From Bacteroidota bacterium (GTDB taxonomy: Bacteria; Bacteroidota; Bacteroidia; Flavobacteriales; BACL11): a DNA stretch of 64,000 nucleotides. Where the stretch lies: positions 3,552 to 67,551 of the forward strand of contig JAYZXD010000040.1 of the NCBI GenBank assembly GCA_036141595.1, written 5' to 3'. Position numbers and translations under genes: made by a program. This document shows, piece by piece, positions 32,456 to 42,947 of the stretch (position 1 is the first letter of the stretch; each line of letters opens with the position of its first letter). Below the pieces are notes generated by a model that was given only the letters and a program-made list of their open reading frames with translations, was not told the origin of the DNA and did not search any database.

Positions 32456-33451
32456 TTACTGGTCTAATAGTTCATACAAGTCATCCAAATTTGGAGATAA
32501 AATCATTTCTATTCTTCTATTTGCGCTTCTTCCTTCTTTCGTCGCATTACTGGCTATAGGATAAAATTCTGCTCTTCCGGCAGCCGTAAATTGAGATGAC
32601 AATAAATTAGAATTAGTTAAAAGAACTTTTACTACACTTGTTGCTCTTTTAACACTAAGATCCCAATTATCTTTAATTGCACCTTTACCATTTAAAGGAA
32701 TACTATCTGTATGACCTTCAACTAAAATTTCTAAATTTTGCTGATTTTCTAAAGCATTGGAGAGCTTATTTAAAGCAGAAATTCCATTTTGGTTTATATT
32801 ATATCTTCCAGAAGCAAACAACAAATCTTCCTCTAAAGAGATATATACTTTTCCATTTCTTTGTTCGATAGTTAACCCTTCTCCTTCAAGACCTGTTAAA
32901 GCTCTGGATATTGATTTTTTTAGTACTGAAACAAGACTATCTTTTTTATTAATAATTTCTTCTAGTTCTGAAACTCTAATGGATCTCTGTTTTAAATTTT
33001 CTTGAGCTATTTTTAGTTCATCCTCTTTTACTTTCAGTGATTTTAACACTTTATTTAGCTGATCTTCTTTTGTAAATATTTCATTTTCTGCTTGCTCTAA
33101 TTGCTCCAAAAGATTTTTAATCTCTTTTGCTTTATTTGACATAAATCTACTATTCTTAGAAGCCAGTAAGTCATATGATTCACTTAAAGATTTGTATTTA
33201 CTTCTAACCGAAGAAAGTGCTTCTGAGTTTTTCGCAGAATCATTTTTTAATCTATCAATATTTTGTGTTAACCTTTTAATTTTTGATTCTGATTCTTCTA
33301 AATTAGTTTGGAATACTAAGTTCTTTTTTTCTTCATTTGTTAAAGATTGTTTAACCTTTTCATGTTCTTCAATTAATGTGTTGTGAATCTTAGGTGTGAC
33401 ACATGAAGCAAGCAATGTTATTACTAATAATATGTACAGTAAACTTTTCAT
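32456..33451 (-). CDS. OmpA/MotB-family peptidoglycan-binding lipoprotein with long coiled coil
   Basis: LLASC lipobox; VEGHTD, NWDLSVKRA, NRRIE. Confidence 0.9.
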   Translation of the reverse strand: MKSLLYILLVITLLASCVTPKIHNTLIEEHEKVKQSLTNEEKKNLVFQTNLEESESKIKRLTQNIDRLKNDSAKNSEALSSVRSKYKSLSESYDLLASKNSRFMSNKAKEIKNLLEQLEQAENEIFTKEDQLNKVLKSLKVKEDELKIAQENLKQRSIRVSELEEIINKKDSLVSVLKKSISRALTGLEGEGLTIEQRNGKVYISLEEDLLFASGRYNINQNGISALNKLSNALENQQNLEILVEGHTDSIPLNGKGAIKDNWDLSVKRATSVVKVLLTNSNLLSSQFTAAGRAEFYPIASNATKEGRSANRRIEMILSPNLDDLYELLDQ

Positions 33452-33546
33452 ACTTAATGATATTTGGTTCTATACCAAAATTACAAAAAAGTATACTCTG
33501 TTAGAAAGATTAACAAATACTTTTCAACAAATAGAAAATATAAACA

Positions 33547-33981
33547 TTAATAAACTAATTGCCAGTAGCCCTCAACCCAAAAAAAGCCATTAGGAGCTAC
33601 GTGCCAGTAGCCTGGAATCCACTGGTGATTTCTTTTAATTTTTTTCCACTTTGCCTTTTTCCAAACATATTTTCTTTTAAAGCGATTCCACTTCCAGTAA
33701 CCTTCAATCCAAACGTATCCTGGGCGATTATAATTTGGACGATTAACAATTACTTTGGGCCTATTGGGTTTATTTACTACTACTCTGTTTGTTTTAACAA
33801 TAACTTTTTTGTTATTATTTCTATTATTATTAACAATAACTTTTTTGTTATTATTTCTATTATTTTTGACAATAACTTTTTTATTGGTGGTATTGGGCTT
33901 AACCTTTACTTGGCTATAAGAAGAAGTACCTAACAAAAGTAGAGTAATTAAAAATAGTTTGCTAAATATTGAGTTTTTCAT
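33547..33981 (-). CDS. Secreted basic protein with YXWGXW/WXXGXW repeats
   Basis: Signal peptide; YVWIEGYW, YVWKKAKW, HQWIPGYW, FFWVEGYW. Confidence 0.8.
   Translation of the reverse strand: MKNSIFSKLFLITLLLLGTSSYSQVKVKPNTTNKKVIVKNNRNNNKKVIVNNNRNNNKKVIVKTNRVVVNKPNRPKVIVNRPNYNRPGYVWIEGYWKWNRFKRKYVWKKAKWKKIKRNHQWIPGYWHVAPNGFFWVEGYWQLVY
33796..33882. repeat. 36-bp in-frame tandem repeat (about 2.4 copies)
   Basis: Unit AACAATAACTTTTTTGTTATTATTTCTATTATTATT at 33796 and 33832, partial copy at 33868; encodes NNNRNNNKKVIV. Confidence 0.9.
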
Positions 33982-34037
33982 GGTTATTATTTTTAAGATT
34001 ATTATTTTTATGACTTAAAAATTAAAAGTATAAAAAT

Positions 34038-34619
34038 ATGAAAAAAATCATAAATTACTTTTTTCGAGGATTATTATACTCTGTACCTATAACGGTTACA
34101 GGCACGTTTGTAGTATGGGCCTTCAATAAAATTGATAAAATTATTCCGAGTATTTTTCCAGAAATAAAAACAATACCTGGTCTGTTTCCTGGTGTAGGTG
34201 TATTATTAATAATTGTATTAATAATACTAATTGGCTTTTTTGGGTCATTAGTAATCTCAAGTCCAATAAATAGATTTTTTAAACACATACTAAAGCAAGC
34301 ACCGCTGTTAGAAACAATCTACACATCTGTAAAAGACTTAATGGGGACTTTCATAGGAAATAAAAAAGGATTTAAAAAAGCTGTGTTTGTTAAACTATTT
34401 GATAATTCAAATGTTGAAAGAATCGGATTCATTTCAAATGATGATTTAGCTTCATTAAATATCAACGAAGGAAGAGTATTAGTTTATATTCCTCATTCTT
34501 ATAATTTTTCAGGTAACCTTTTCGTAGTCGAAAAAAAATATATAACACCAATTGATGCCCCTTCAAGCGAAGTCATGAAACTGATTGTTTCAGGAGGAGT
34601 AACTAACATAAACAATTAA
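34038..34619 (+). CDS. DUF502 family membrane protein
   Basis: Two TMs; PLLETIYTSVKDL, VYIPHSYNFSG, MKLIVSGG. Confidence 0.88.
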   Translation: MKKIINYFFRGLLYSVPITVTGTFVVWAFNKIDKIIPSIFPEIKTIPGLFPGVGVLLIIVLIILIGFFGSLVISSPINRFFKHILKQAPLLETIYTSVKDLMGTFIGNKKGFKKAVFVKLFDNSNVERIGFISNDDLASLNINEGRVLVYIPHSYNFSGNLFVVEKKYITPIDAPSSEVMKLIVSGGVTNINN

Positions 34620-34623
34620 TGAT

Positions 34624-36834
34624 ATGAAAAAACTAAATTTGCTTTTAATATTTTTTGCATTTATACATAACGTTTTTGCAGGAGACACAACAACTATAAG
34701 AATTCACGACCAAACTGATATGACATGGTATGGAAATTATGATGAATGGGGAGTATTACCTGACGCAAGTAATAAATATAGAAAAATATATCTTCACTAC
34801 ACAATGGGATGCGCTACTGGAGGCTGCTCAGACTGGGACTATACCACTCAAATTTTTGTAAAACATCGAACTGGAGAAATTGATTCATCACTACAAATTA
34901 CTCCACAGTTTACTGTCAATGGCAATACATTAGACACCATCATGTACTCTAATACTATAACACATATTAGTTCTTGGGATTCAACAACAAATAGTGTTGA
35001 CTCAGTATTGTCTAACTTATTAGAGATTATTATATTTAATGATTCAAGTAATCCAACAATAGCAACAGATACAATATATGCTTATGAAGCAGGCTTTTAT
35101 AATATGATTTATGATAGTATTGGTAATATCATTGGTCAAACTTATTGCACCCCAGATTCTACACTCATAAATTCTAACTACAACTGGTATCAGTCTTTTG
35201 ATGTAATTGAAAATTATGAATTAGCAAGAGTTATAACACCTTATGGCAATGGATTATCAAATAATTGGAGTTTTACCACGACATTTGACATTACTGATTT
35301 CGAAAAAATATTAAGGGACTCAGTTGAGATTAGATGTCATTACAGCGGATGGTCTTCTGGATTTAGTGCTACACTCGACTTTGAGTTTATTGAAGGAATA
35401 CCTGCTAGAGATGTTTTAACTGTTGAAAATATTTACACAGGCGGGCATAGTTATGTAACATCAACAGATTTTGAAGCAAATAAGTTAAATACTAAAAAGC
35501 TTCACATTAACTCAAATACGGAAAATGCAATGATTAAAATGACTACTACTGGTCACGGATTTGACAATAATCAAGTTGCTGCAGAATTTAAACCAATTAA
35601 CTATTATTTAAATATTAATGGCATTCAAACTCATACACAATATAATTGGGATGCAGACTGTGGAGAAAACCCAATCTTCCCTCAAGGAGGAACATGGCTA
35701 TATGACAGGGCAAATTGGTGCCCGGGAAAAAGAGCACAGGCCTTTGATCATGAAATAACTCCATATATAAGTCCAGGAGACTCAATAGAAATTGATATTG
35801 ACTTTCAAGAGTATAGTTGGAGTGGAACTCAAACTCCTTCATATATAATTGAATGTCAACTTTTTGAATACACAAATCCAAATTTTACAAATTCTGCAGA
35901 AATAATTGACATAATCAAACCGTCAAAAAAAGATGAGCATAGCCGTAAGAATCCCATCTGTGGAAAACCATTAATAATTATCAAAAATTATGGAGAAAAT
36001 GCTTTGACATCTCTCGATATTGAATATAATGTAAAGGGGGGGGTGTTACATACATTCAATTGGACCGGTAATTTAGGTTTCTTAGAAACAGAAGAAGTCG
36101 AACTTCCTAACTTGTCTTCTTGGGCAGGTTCTAACAATATTTTTGAAGTCAGTTTAAAAAATCCTAACGGTCAAACTGATGAATACAATGAAAACAACTT
36201 TATGAGTTCTGAATTTGATTTAGTGCCTGAATACCCTGAGACATTTGCTCTTTGGGTAAGTACCAACTCAGGTGTAATTAATACTTTATCGCAAGAATCA
36301 GAAACTAGTTGGGATTTTTATGATATTAATGGTAATAACATTTTCACCAGTGGAAGTTTGTATTCAAATACGCAATATAGAGATACTTTAACTTTTTCTC
36401 CTGGTTGCTATACTTTTGTTATGCAAGACACGGATGAAGATGGCTTAGATTTTTGGGCAAACAATGATGGAGGTGGAATAGTTAGATTTCGTGAAATTGG
36501 AGCTTCTTGGCTTAAAGCATTTAACGCTGACTTTGGAACAAATATTATTCATGAATTTATGATTGGAGGAAGTCAGAATATAGCTGAAAGTAACCGTAAA
36601 TGGGAAATTTTTCCAATTCCAACTGAAGACTACATTGAAATAAGCGGATTTGCAAATAACTTTACAGAAATAAATATCGTAGATAGTTTTGGAAAAACTA
36701 TTACTACCTTTCAACATAATAGTGCAGGTGAATTTCATAAAAAAATTGATATTAAAGATTATGCAAACGGAATTTATTTTATCCAAATTAAAGATGGCTT
36801 ATCTCATATAACAAAGAAATTTGTAAAAAAGTAA
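34624..36834 (+). CDS. Peptide-N-glycosidase F-related protein with T9SS C-terminal domain
   Basis: CSDWDYT, ELARVITPYG, TTGHG, AEF, QGGTWLYDRANWCPG; CTD IFPIP...GIYFIQI..KKFVK. Confidence 0.8.
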   Translation: MKKLNLLLIFFAFIHNVFAGDTTTIRIHDQTDMTWYGNYDEWGVLPDASNKYRKIYLHYTMGCATGGCSDWDYTTQIFVKHRTGEIDSSLQITPQFTVNGNTLDTIMYSNTITHISSWDSTTNSVDSVLSNLLEIIIFNDSSNPTIATDTIYAYEAGFYNMIYDSIGNIIGQTYCTPDSTLINSNYNWYQSFDVIENYELARVITPYGNGLSNNWSFTTTFDITDFEKILRDSVEIRCHYSGWSSGFSATLDFEFIEGIPARDVLTVENIYTGGHSYVTSTDFEANKLNTKKLHINSNTENAMIKMTTTGHGFDNNQVAAEFKPINYYLNINGIQTHTQYNWDADCGENPIFPQGGTWLYDRANWCPGKRAQAFDHEITPYISPGDSIEIDIDFQEYSWSGTQTPSYIIECQLFEYTNPNFTNSAEIIDIIKPSKKDEHSRKNPICGKPLIIIKNYGENALTSLDIEYNVKGGVLHTFNWTGNLGFLETEEVELPNLSSWAGSNNIFEVSLKNPNGQTDEYNENNFMSSEFDLVPEYPETFALWVSTNSGVINTLSQESETSWDFYDINGNNIFTSGSLYSNTQYRDTLTFSPGCYTFVMQDTDEDGLDFWANNDGGGIVRFREIGASWLKAFNADFGTNIIHEFMIGGSQNIAESNRKWEIFPIPTEDYIEISGFANNFTEINIVDSFGKTITTFQHNSAGEFHKKIDIKDYANGIYFIQIKDGLSHITKKFVKK

Positions 36835-38748
36835 ATGAAATATTGTAATTCGTTAACTAAATATTCTCGCTTTTTCACAAGAGAAGTAATGGTTGGAAAT
36901 GTTGGTATTGGTGGAAACAATCCAATTCGTATTCAGTCAATGACTACTACCAATACTATGGATACAGAAGCAACTGTAAATGAGTCTATAAGAATGATAA
37001 ATGCAGGCTGCGAATTAGTGCGAATCACTGCCCCAAGTAGAAAAGAGGCTGAAAACTTACAAAATATAAAAAACGAACTATTGAAGAGGGGATACAACAC
37101 TCCACTAGTTGCAGATATACACTACACTCCAAAAGCAGCTGAAATTGCTGCTAAAATTGTAGAAAAAGTTAGAGTTAACCCAGGCAATTATGCAGATAAA
37201 AAAAAGTTTGAAGAAATAGAATATACTGATGATAGCTACAAGATTGAACTCCAAAAAATAAAAGAAAAATTCACTCCACTCGTTAAAATTTGTAAAAAAT
37301 ACGGCACAGCTATGAGAATTGGAACTAATCATGGCTCTTTATCAGATAGGATCTTATCCAGATACGGTGACACACCGAAAGGCATGGTTGAATCGGCCAT
37401 GGAGTTCTTGCGTATTTGTAAGGATGAAAATTATTTAGAAATTATCATATCTATGAAAGCCTCAAATACAAGAGTTATGGTGCAGGCTTACAGATTACTT
37501 GTGGCTGAAATGATAAAAGAAAAAATGAATTTTCCATTGCATTTAGGAGTTACAGAAGCAGGAGAAGGTGAAGATGGAAGAATTAAATCTGCTGTAGGTA
37601 TTGGAACATTATTAGCTGATGGAATAGGAGATACAATCAGAGTTTCACTAACTGAAGCTCCAGAATTTGAAATGCCTGTTGCTAAAAAAATAATTAGACA
37701 TATTAATGAGATAAAAAATCACCAAAAAATTTGTTCACTAATAAAAAATCCACTTCATAGTTTTGATTATAAAAAAAGAAAAACCAACACAGTAATGAAT
37801 ATTGGAGGAAAAAATCCTCCAATTGTCAAAGGAGATTTCAGTCTCAAAAAAAAGATAACACCAGCATCTTTTTTTGCTTTAGGTTACAGCTACTCTATTC
37901 CCTTAGACAAATGGCATATTTCTGAAATGGCTGCAGATTATGTGTTTGTTGGAGACCATAATTTAGATTTTGAAGTTCCTGGAACTTTAGGTGTAATTTA
38001 TAATTATAAGAAATGGATACAAGATAAAAAAGGTTACCCTCTTTTAACAGTAAATGAATACATACAAGAAAAAGTTAAATCAGAAAAAATAAATATGATT
38101 TATACTTGTTTTTCTGATCTAAGTCAGGAACTAACAAACAAACTAAAAACAGACAAAACAGCAGTTCTTTTAATAGATACGAACAATAATAATGGAATTG
38201 CAGAACAAAGAAGGTTACTTGCAGAACTAATTAATAATAAAATAAAAACTCCTGTAGTAATCGGTAGAACTTATCAAAAGATGTCTGAACAACAATTACA
38301 AATTTCTAGTTCTGTAGATATTGGTGCTTTACTAATAGATGGATTAGGAGATGGCATCTTTATTTCTGCTTCAGAATGTATTTCTGATCAAAATAATAAT
38401 TCTTTGTCATTTGGAATCTTACAAGCTACAAGAACTCGTATTTCTAAAACTGAATATATATCATGTCCAAGCTGTGGAAGAACTCTTTTTGATCTACAAG
38501 AAACTACTGCAAAAATAAGAAAAGAAACAGATCATTTAAAAGGAGTTAAAATAGGTATTATGGGCTGTATTGTTAATGGCCCAGGCGAAATGGCAGATGC
38601 TGATTATGGGTATGTAGGAACTGGTCCAGGAAAAATTACGTTATATAAAGAAAAAACTGTTGTGGAAAAAAACATAGCAGAGACCGAGGCTGTTAATGCT
38701 TTAATTAATCTTATCAAAAAACACGGAGATTGGATAGAAAAAAATTAG
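36835..38748 (+). CDS. ispG: HMBPP synthase (long, three-domain type)
   Basis: [51 protein letters not shown]. Confidence 0.97.
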   Translation: MKYCNSLTKYSRFFTREVMVGNVGIGGNNPIRIQSMTTTNTMDTEATVNESIRMINAGCELVRITAPSRKEAENLQNIKNELLKRGYNTPLVADIHYTPKAAEIAAKIVEKVRVNPGNYADKKKFEEIEYTDDSYKIELQKIKEKFTPLVKICKKYGTAMRIGTNHGSLSDRILSRYGDTPKGMVESAMEFLRICKDENYLEIIISMKASNTRVMVQAYRLLVAEMIKEKMNFPLHLGVTEAGEGEDGRIKSAVGIGTLLADGIGDTIRVSLTEAPEFEMPVAKKIIRHINEIKNHQKICSLIKNPLHSFDYKKRKTNTVMNIGGKNPPIVKGDFSLKKKITPASFFALGYSYSIPLDKWHISEMAADYVFVGDHNLDFEVPGTLGVIYNYKKWIQDKKGYPLLTVNEYIQEKVKSEKINMIYTCFSDLSQELTNKLKTDKTAVLLIDTNNNNGIAEQRRLLAELINNKIKTPVVIGRTYQKMSEQQLQISSSVDIGALLIDGLGDGIFISASECISDQNNNSLSFGILQATRTRISKTEYISCPSCGRTLFDLQETTAKIRKETDHLKGVKIGIMGCIVNGPGEMADADYGYVGTGPGKITLYKEKTVVEKNIAETEAVNALINLIKKHGDWIEKN

Positions 38749-39902
38749 TCAACTTTAATTTTTAATGCAACCTCTTTGGCTTGTTCAACCAACTTTTTCA
38801 CATTTTCTTCTCCGTATGCAAGAGCTACACCCATTCTTCTGTTTAGACTTGACTTTGGTTTTCCAAAAATCCTGAAGTCAGTATTTTTTATACTGGCAGC
38901 ATTATCAAGCCCAGTTATTTTTGGGGTATCATTCGATTCTTTAGTTGCTAAAATAACTGCAGATGCACCATTTCTTGTTAATGTAATTTCAGTAACAGGT
39001 AAACCTAAAATTGCACGTGCATGTAGTTCAAATTCTGTAAAATTTTGAGTGCCTGCTAATGTTACCATTCCTGTATCATGTGGTCTTGGAGATAACTCAG
39101 AAAAATATACATCATCCTTTGCAATAAAAAACTCCACTCCCCATATACCATTGCCTGAAAGTTCTTTAGTTATTCTTCTTGCCATATTTTGAGCTAGTCT
39201 TAAATGTTTTTCTTTCATTTGAACAGGCTGCCAGCTCTCTTGATAATCACCCCTCTCTTGCCTATGACCAATTGGTGAACAAAATAATGTATTACCACTA
39301 TTCTGTGTAAGTGTTAAAAGTGTAATCTCATATTCAAAATCAATAAATTCTTCAACAATAACCTCAATTAAATCACCTCTTGAGCCAGAGATAGCTGAAT
39401 TCCATGAGCTTTTTATGTCTGATGTAGATTTGATAACTGATTGTCCCTTTCCAGAGCTTGACATTAATGGCTTTACAACGCAAGGTAGTCCAATAACCTC
39501 AACTGCTTGCTGAAGCTGATGTAAATTATTAGCATACTTATATTTTGCTGTAGTGAGTCCTAATTTAATAGCAGCTAAATCTCTAATAGCTTTTCTATTC
39601 ATTGTGAAATTAGCTGCTTTTGCTGATGGAACTACATTATATCCCGCTTTTTCATATTCATAAAATTTTTCAGTTCTAATACTTTCTATTTCTGGAACAA
39701 TGTAGTCTGGGTTATGTTTATCAACTATTCTGTCTAACTCATTTCCATCTAGCATGTCAATAACTTCAAATTCGTGTGAAACATGCATTGCCGGGGCGTT
39801 AGGGTAATTATCAACTGCTATAACATATTGACCCATTCTTTGAAATGATATTACCAATTCTTTACCTAGCTCCCCAGAACCTAATAAAAGTATTTTTTTC
39901 AT
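38745..39902 (-). CDS. purT: Formate-dependent phosphoribosylglycinamide formyltransferase
   Basis: [46 protein letters not shown]. Confidence 0.96.
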   Translation of the reverse strand: MKKILLLGSGELGKELVISFQRMGQYVIAVDNYPNAPAMHVSHEFEVIDMLDGNELDRIVDKHNPDYIVPEIESIRTEKFYEYEKAGYNVVPSAKAANFTMNRKAIRDLAAIKLGLTTAKYKYANNLHQLQQAVEVIGLPCVVKPLMSSSGKGQSVIKSTSDIKSSWNSAISGSRGDLIEVIVEEFIDFEYEITLLTLTQNSGNTLFCSPIGHRQERGDYQESWQPVQMKEKHLRLAQNMARRITKELSGNGIWGVEFFIAKDDVYFSELSPRPHDTGMVTLAGTQNFTEFELHARAILGLPVTEITLTRNGASAVILATKESNDTPKITGLDNAASIKNTDFRIFGKPKSSLNRRMGVALAYGEENVKKLVEQAKEVALKIKVD

Positions 39903-39903
39903 T

Positions 39904-40803
39904 TTAATCCCAAAGTTCGTTCGGATAAATTCCGCTTTTTATAAATTTATTTATAGTAGAGACAGCAATTGGCTTATCTTCTTTGTAGGTAACCCCAAAC
40001 CAATTATCAGATGTTGGAATCACTTTAACTTTCATTTTTTTGCTTTTTATCATTTCAGTAATAATATTAGGAATATAATACTCTGCTGTATTGTTTGAGG
40101 GATTTTCTTTAATAAACTTATAAAGTCCATTTTCTATTTCTTTAAAAATACTTGGGTGAAAACCCCAATAGTTCATTGATACATATAAATTTTTATTTAA
40201 ACTTTTTTTCTCAGAATTATCATCGACATCATAATAAATTATATTGTTAATTCGAGAAATTTCAGTTCTCTCAACAACTTCAACTAAATTATTTTCTTTG
40301 TCTAACTTACATATTCCTCTATTAACTGTACCATGATCAGATAATGTTTTTTCTAATTTATAACCCACCATTGCCATATAGTTTTCAGCACATAAATCCT
40401 TTAAAAAACTTGAAATAAGTAAAAATGATTTTGGTCCGTAAAAATCATCTGCATTAATTACAGCAAATGGCTCTTGAATAACATCCTTTGCTACTAATAC
40501 AGCATGAGCAGTTCCCCATGGTTTTTTCCGTTCAACAATTTCTATGTTTTCAATTTTTATATTAACCTCTTGATATACATACTGTATATTTATCATATCT
40601 TCAAACTTATTAAATTTTAAACGAAATGATTTATCAAATTCTTTTCTAATAACAAATACAATTTTACCGAAACCTGATTTAATTGCGTCATATATTGAAT
40701 ATTCAATAATTGGTTCATTGTTTGGGCCAATACCATCTATTTGTTTTAAACCACCATAGCGGCTCCCCATACCAGCAGCTAATATTAGTAATGTAGGCTT
40801 CAT
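39904..40803 (-). CDS. Sugar-phosphate nucleotidyltransferase
   Basis: [37 protein letters not shown]. Confidence 0.88.
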   Translation of the reverse strand: MKPTLLILAAGMGSRYGGLKQIDGIGPNNEPIIEYSIYDAIKSGFGKIVFVIRKEFDKSFRLKFNKFEDMINIQYVYQEVNIKIENIEIVERKKPWGTAHAVLVAKDVIQEPFAVINADDFYGPKSFLLISSFLKDLCAENYMAMVGYKLEKTLSDHGTVNRGICKLDKENNLVEVVERTEISRINNIIYYDVDDNSEKKSLNKNLYVSMNYWGFHPSIFKEIENGLYKFIKENPSNNTAEYYIPNIITEMIKSKKMKVKVIPTSDNWFGVTYKEDKPIAVSTINKFIKSGIYPNELWD

Positions 40804-40805
40804 AT

Positions 40806-41393
40806 TTATATTTTTTTATTTAAAATTTTTGCAATGTATTTTCCGAATATATCAAATTCTAAATTAACAACAGTTCCCTTTTTAATTTTATGAAAATTTG
40901 TATGTTGTAAGGTATATGGAATAATGGCTACAGAAAACTTGTTTGACTCTGAATTCACAACTGTTAGGCTTACTCCATTTACACTTATAGAGCCTTTTTC
41001 TACTGTTATATTACTTTGTTTTTCATATTCAAAAGTAAAAAACCAAGAGCCTTTTTCTTCTGAAACACTTGTACAGGTAGCAATTTGATCTACATGCCCT
41101 TGTACAATATGTCCGTCTATTCTAGATCCAAGCTTCATACTTCTTTCAAGATTAACTTTATCACCAATATTTAAACTATTTAAATTTGTTTTTTGTAAAG
41201 TTTCATCTATTGCAGTAACAGTATGTGTATTTTTATTTAAATCTACAACAGTTAAGCATATACCATTATGTGAAACAGACTGATCTATTTTTAGCTGATT
41301 AGACATATTAGATTTAATAGTGAAATGTTTATTTTTTTTATCTACTATTATTGATTCAACTTCTCCTAACTCTTCAATTATTCCTGTAAACAT
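40806..41393 (-). CDS. ribE: Riboflavin synthase (alpha chain)
   Basis: MFTGIIE, GHIVQGHVD, KGSISVNGVSLTV, VNLEFD. Confidence 0.96.
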   Translation of the reverse strand: MFTGIIEELGEVESIIVDKKNKHFTIKSNMSNQLKIDQSVSHNGICLTVVDLNKNTHTVTAIDETLQKTNLNSLNIGDKVNLERSMKLGSRIDGHIVQGHVDQIATCTSVSEEKGSWFFTFEYEKQSNITVEKGSISVNGVSLTVVNSESNKFSVAIIPYTLQHTNFHKIKKGTVVNLEFDIFGKYIAKILNKKI

Positions 41394-41416
41394 ATATTTA
41401 ATAATTTATCTCTTAT

Positions 41417-41506
41417 TCATCTAACTTTGGTACGTTTCCTTATTGGTAATGTTGGTTTCACAGCTTAAAGAAAACCCTACAGTTCATAAAATATAGTTAG
41501 ATTTGT
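41417..41506 (-). ncRNA. 6S-Flavo-like structured RNA
   Basis: Closing stem AUCUAACU/AGUUAGAU; internal stem GUUUUCUU/AAGGAAAC needs a G-U pair available only on the minus strand; UUUUAUGAACUGUA and AAUAAGG motifs resemble 6S-Flavo as I remember it; TAATTTTG box at 41512-41519 just upstream. Confidence 0.6.
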
Positions 41507-41528
41507 CATGTCAAAATTACAAATTTAT

Positions 41529-42947
41529 ATGAAGACTTTAATTAAAAAGAAAACAACAATAAATAAAAAAGATAATCTTATAATTTTAACTGATAAGAAA
41601 GATAATCTTAAACAATATGGTATTTCCGAAAAAGAACATATTTATATAAAAAAAGTAAATGATGAAATTATTTCAATTAATCAATATGATCGATATATTT
41701 TTATTGTTAAGCCAAAAAAAAATAGAAACATCAATTTACATAGTGAAAACTGTAGATTAATTGGAGATAGATTAATCGAAAGACTTATTGATGTAAATTC
41801 TATCGTAATTATTGACACAATAATGAAAAATGATGATGCATTAAAAATAGCTGAGGGCATGGCGCTTTCAAACTACACATTTGATAAATATAAAAAAGAA
41901 CAAATAAAAAAATTAAAAGAAATTCATATAGTTAGTAATACTCCATCTAAAGAAATTAATGAGCTAAATAAAGTTATTGAAGGTGTTTACTTTTCGAGAG
42001 ATCTTATAAATGAGCCATTTTCTCATTTAAAAGCAATTGATTTAGCCGCAGCTGCAAAAAAATCCTCTAACAATAATGGTTTTAAAGTCAAAGTTCTTTT
42101 AAAAAAAGAAATAGAAAATTTAAAAATGGGGGGGCTTTTAGCTGTAAATCAAGGTAGTCTTGACGAGCCAACCTTTACAATTATGGAATGGAAACCTAAA
42201 AATGCAAAAAATAAACAACCAATTGTCTTAGTTGGGAAAGGAATAGTATATGATACTGGGGGATTAAGTTTAAAACCAACCAAAGACTCAATGGATTTAA
42301 TGAAAGTTGATATGGGAGGCGCTGGTATCGTAATTGGCACTATGCAAGCTATATCAGCAAATAAATTACCTGTACATGTTATTGGACTAGCACCCGCAAC
42401 TGACAATAGACCCTCTGGAAATGCATATGCCCCTGGCGATGTAATCACTATGTATGACAAAACAACAGTAGAAGTACTTAACACCGATGCAGAAGGACGC
42501 CTAATTCTCGCTGATGCGCTTAGCTACGCAAAAAAATATGATCCTCAATTGGTCATTGACTTAGCAACACTAACAGGTTCTGCTGCTAACTCAATAGGGC
42601 ATTATGGGATTGTTAGTATGCATAAAGGAGCAAAAAGCGAACATGAAAAATTAAAGCAAGTTGGACATAAAGTACATGAAAGGTTAGCTGAAATGCCTTT
42701 TTGGTCGGAATATGATGATTTGATTAAATCTGATATAGCTGACATTAAAAATATTGGGGGGACACAAGCTGGAGCAATTACTGCAGGCAAGTTTCTTTCA
42801 CACTTTGTTAACTATCCATGGATTCATCTTGACATTGCGGGACCAACATTTACCAAGGAAAAATATGGGTATCGAGGGAAAGGAGCGACAGGAATGGGAG
42901 TAAGATTACTTTATGAATTTATAAAAAATATTTATGAAAAAAATTAG
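41529..42947 (+). CDS. pepA: Leucyl aminopeptidase (M17)
   Basis: VGKGIVYDTGG, MKVDMGG, NTDAEGRL, DLATLTG, HLDIAG; start 41529 or 41508. Confidence 0.93.
   Translation: MKTLIKKKTTINKKDNLIILTDKKDNLKQYGISEKEHIYIKKVNDEIISINQYDRYIFIVKPKKNRNINLHSENCRLIGDRLIERLIDVNSIVIIDTIMKNDDALKIAEGMALSNYTFDKYKKEQIKKLKEIHIVSNTPSKEINELNKVIEGVYFSRDLINEPFSHLKAIDLAAAAKKSSNNNGFKVKVLLKKEIENLKMGGLLAVNQGSLDEPTFTIMEWKPKNAKNKQPIVLVGKGIVYDTGGLSLKPTKDSMDLMKVDMGGAGIVIGTMQAISANKLPVHVIGLAPATDNRPSGNAYAPGDVITMYDKTTVEVLNTDAEGRLILADALSYAKKYDPQLVIDLATLTGSAANSIGHYGIVSMHKGAKSEHEKLKQVGHKVHERLAEMPFWSEYDDLIKSDIADIKNIGGTQAGAITAGKFLSHFVNYPWIHLDIAGPTFTKEKYGYRGKGATGMGVRLLYEFIKNIYEKN

Noticed and set aside
32456-33451. Flagellar motor protein MotB
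   Set aside because: It is a lipoprotein with no MotB TM/Asp segment and no motA neighbour; a generic OmpA-like peptidoglycan binder fits better
33796-33882. CRISPR array (36-bp repeats)
   Set aside because: Repeats are directly adjacent with no spacers, lie in frame inside a CDS, and there are no cas genes
24939-34000. Integrative element or prophage at tRNA-Ser
   Set aside because: No integrase, transposase or phage gene, and I saw no duplicated tRNA 3' end (att site)
36835-38748. Unusually long IspG as a novel fusion
   Set aside because: The three-domain long form is known from Bacteroidota, Chlamydiae and plants
41394-41507. FMN riboswitch upstream of ribE
   Set aside because: Lacks the FMN aptamer consensus (AGGGC...GAAAUUCCCGACCG) and is too short; fits a 6S-Flavo-like RNA better
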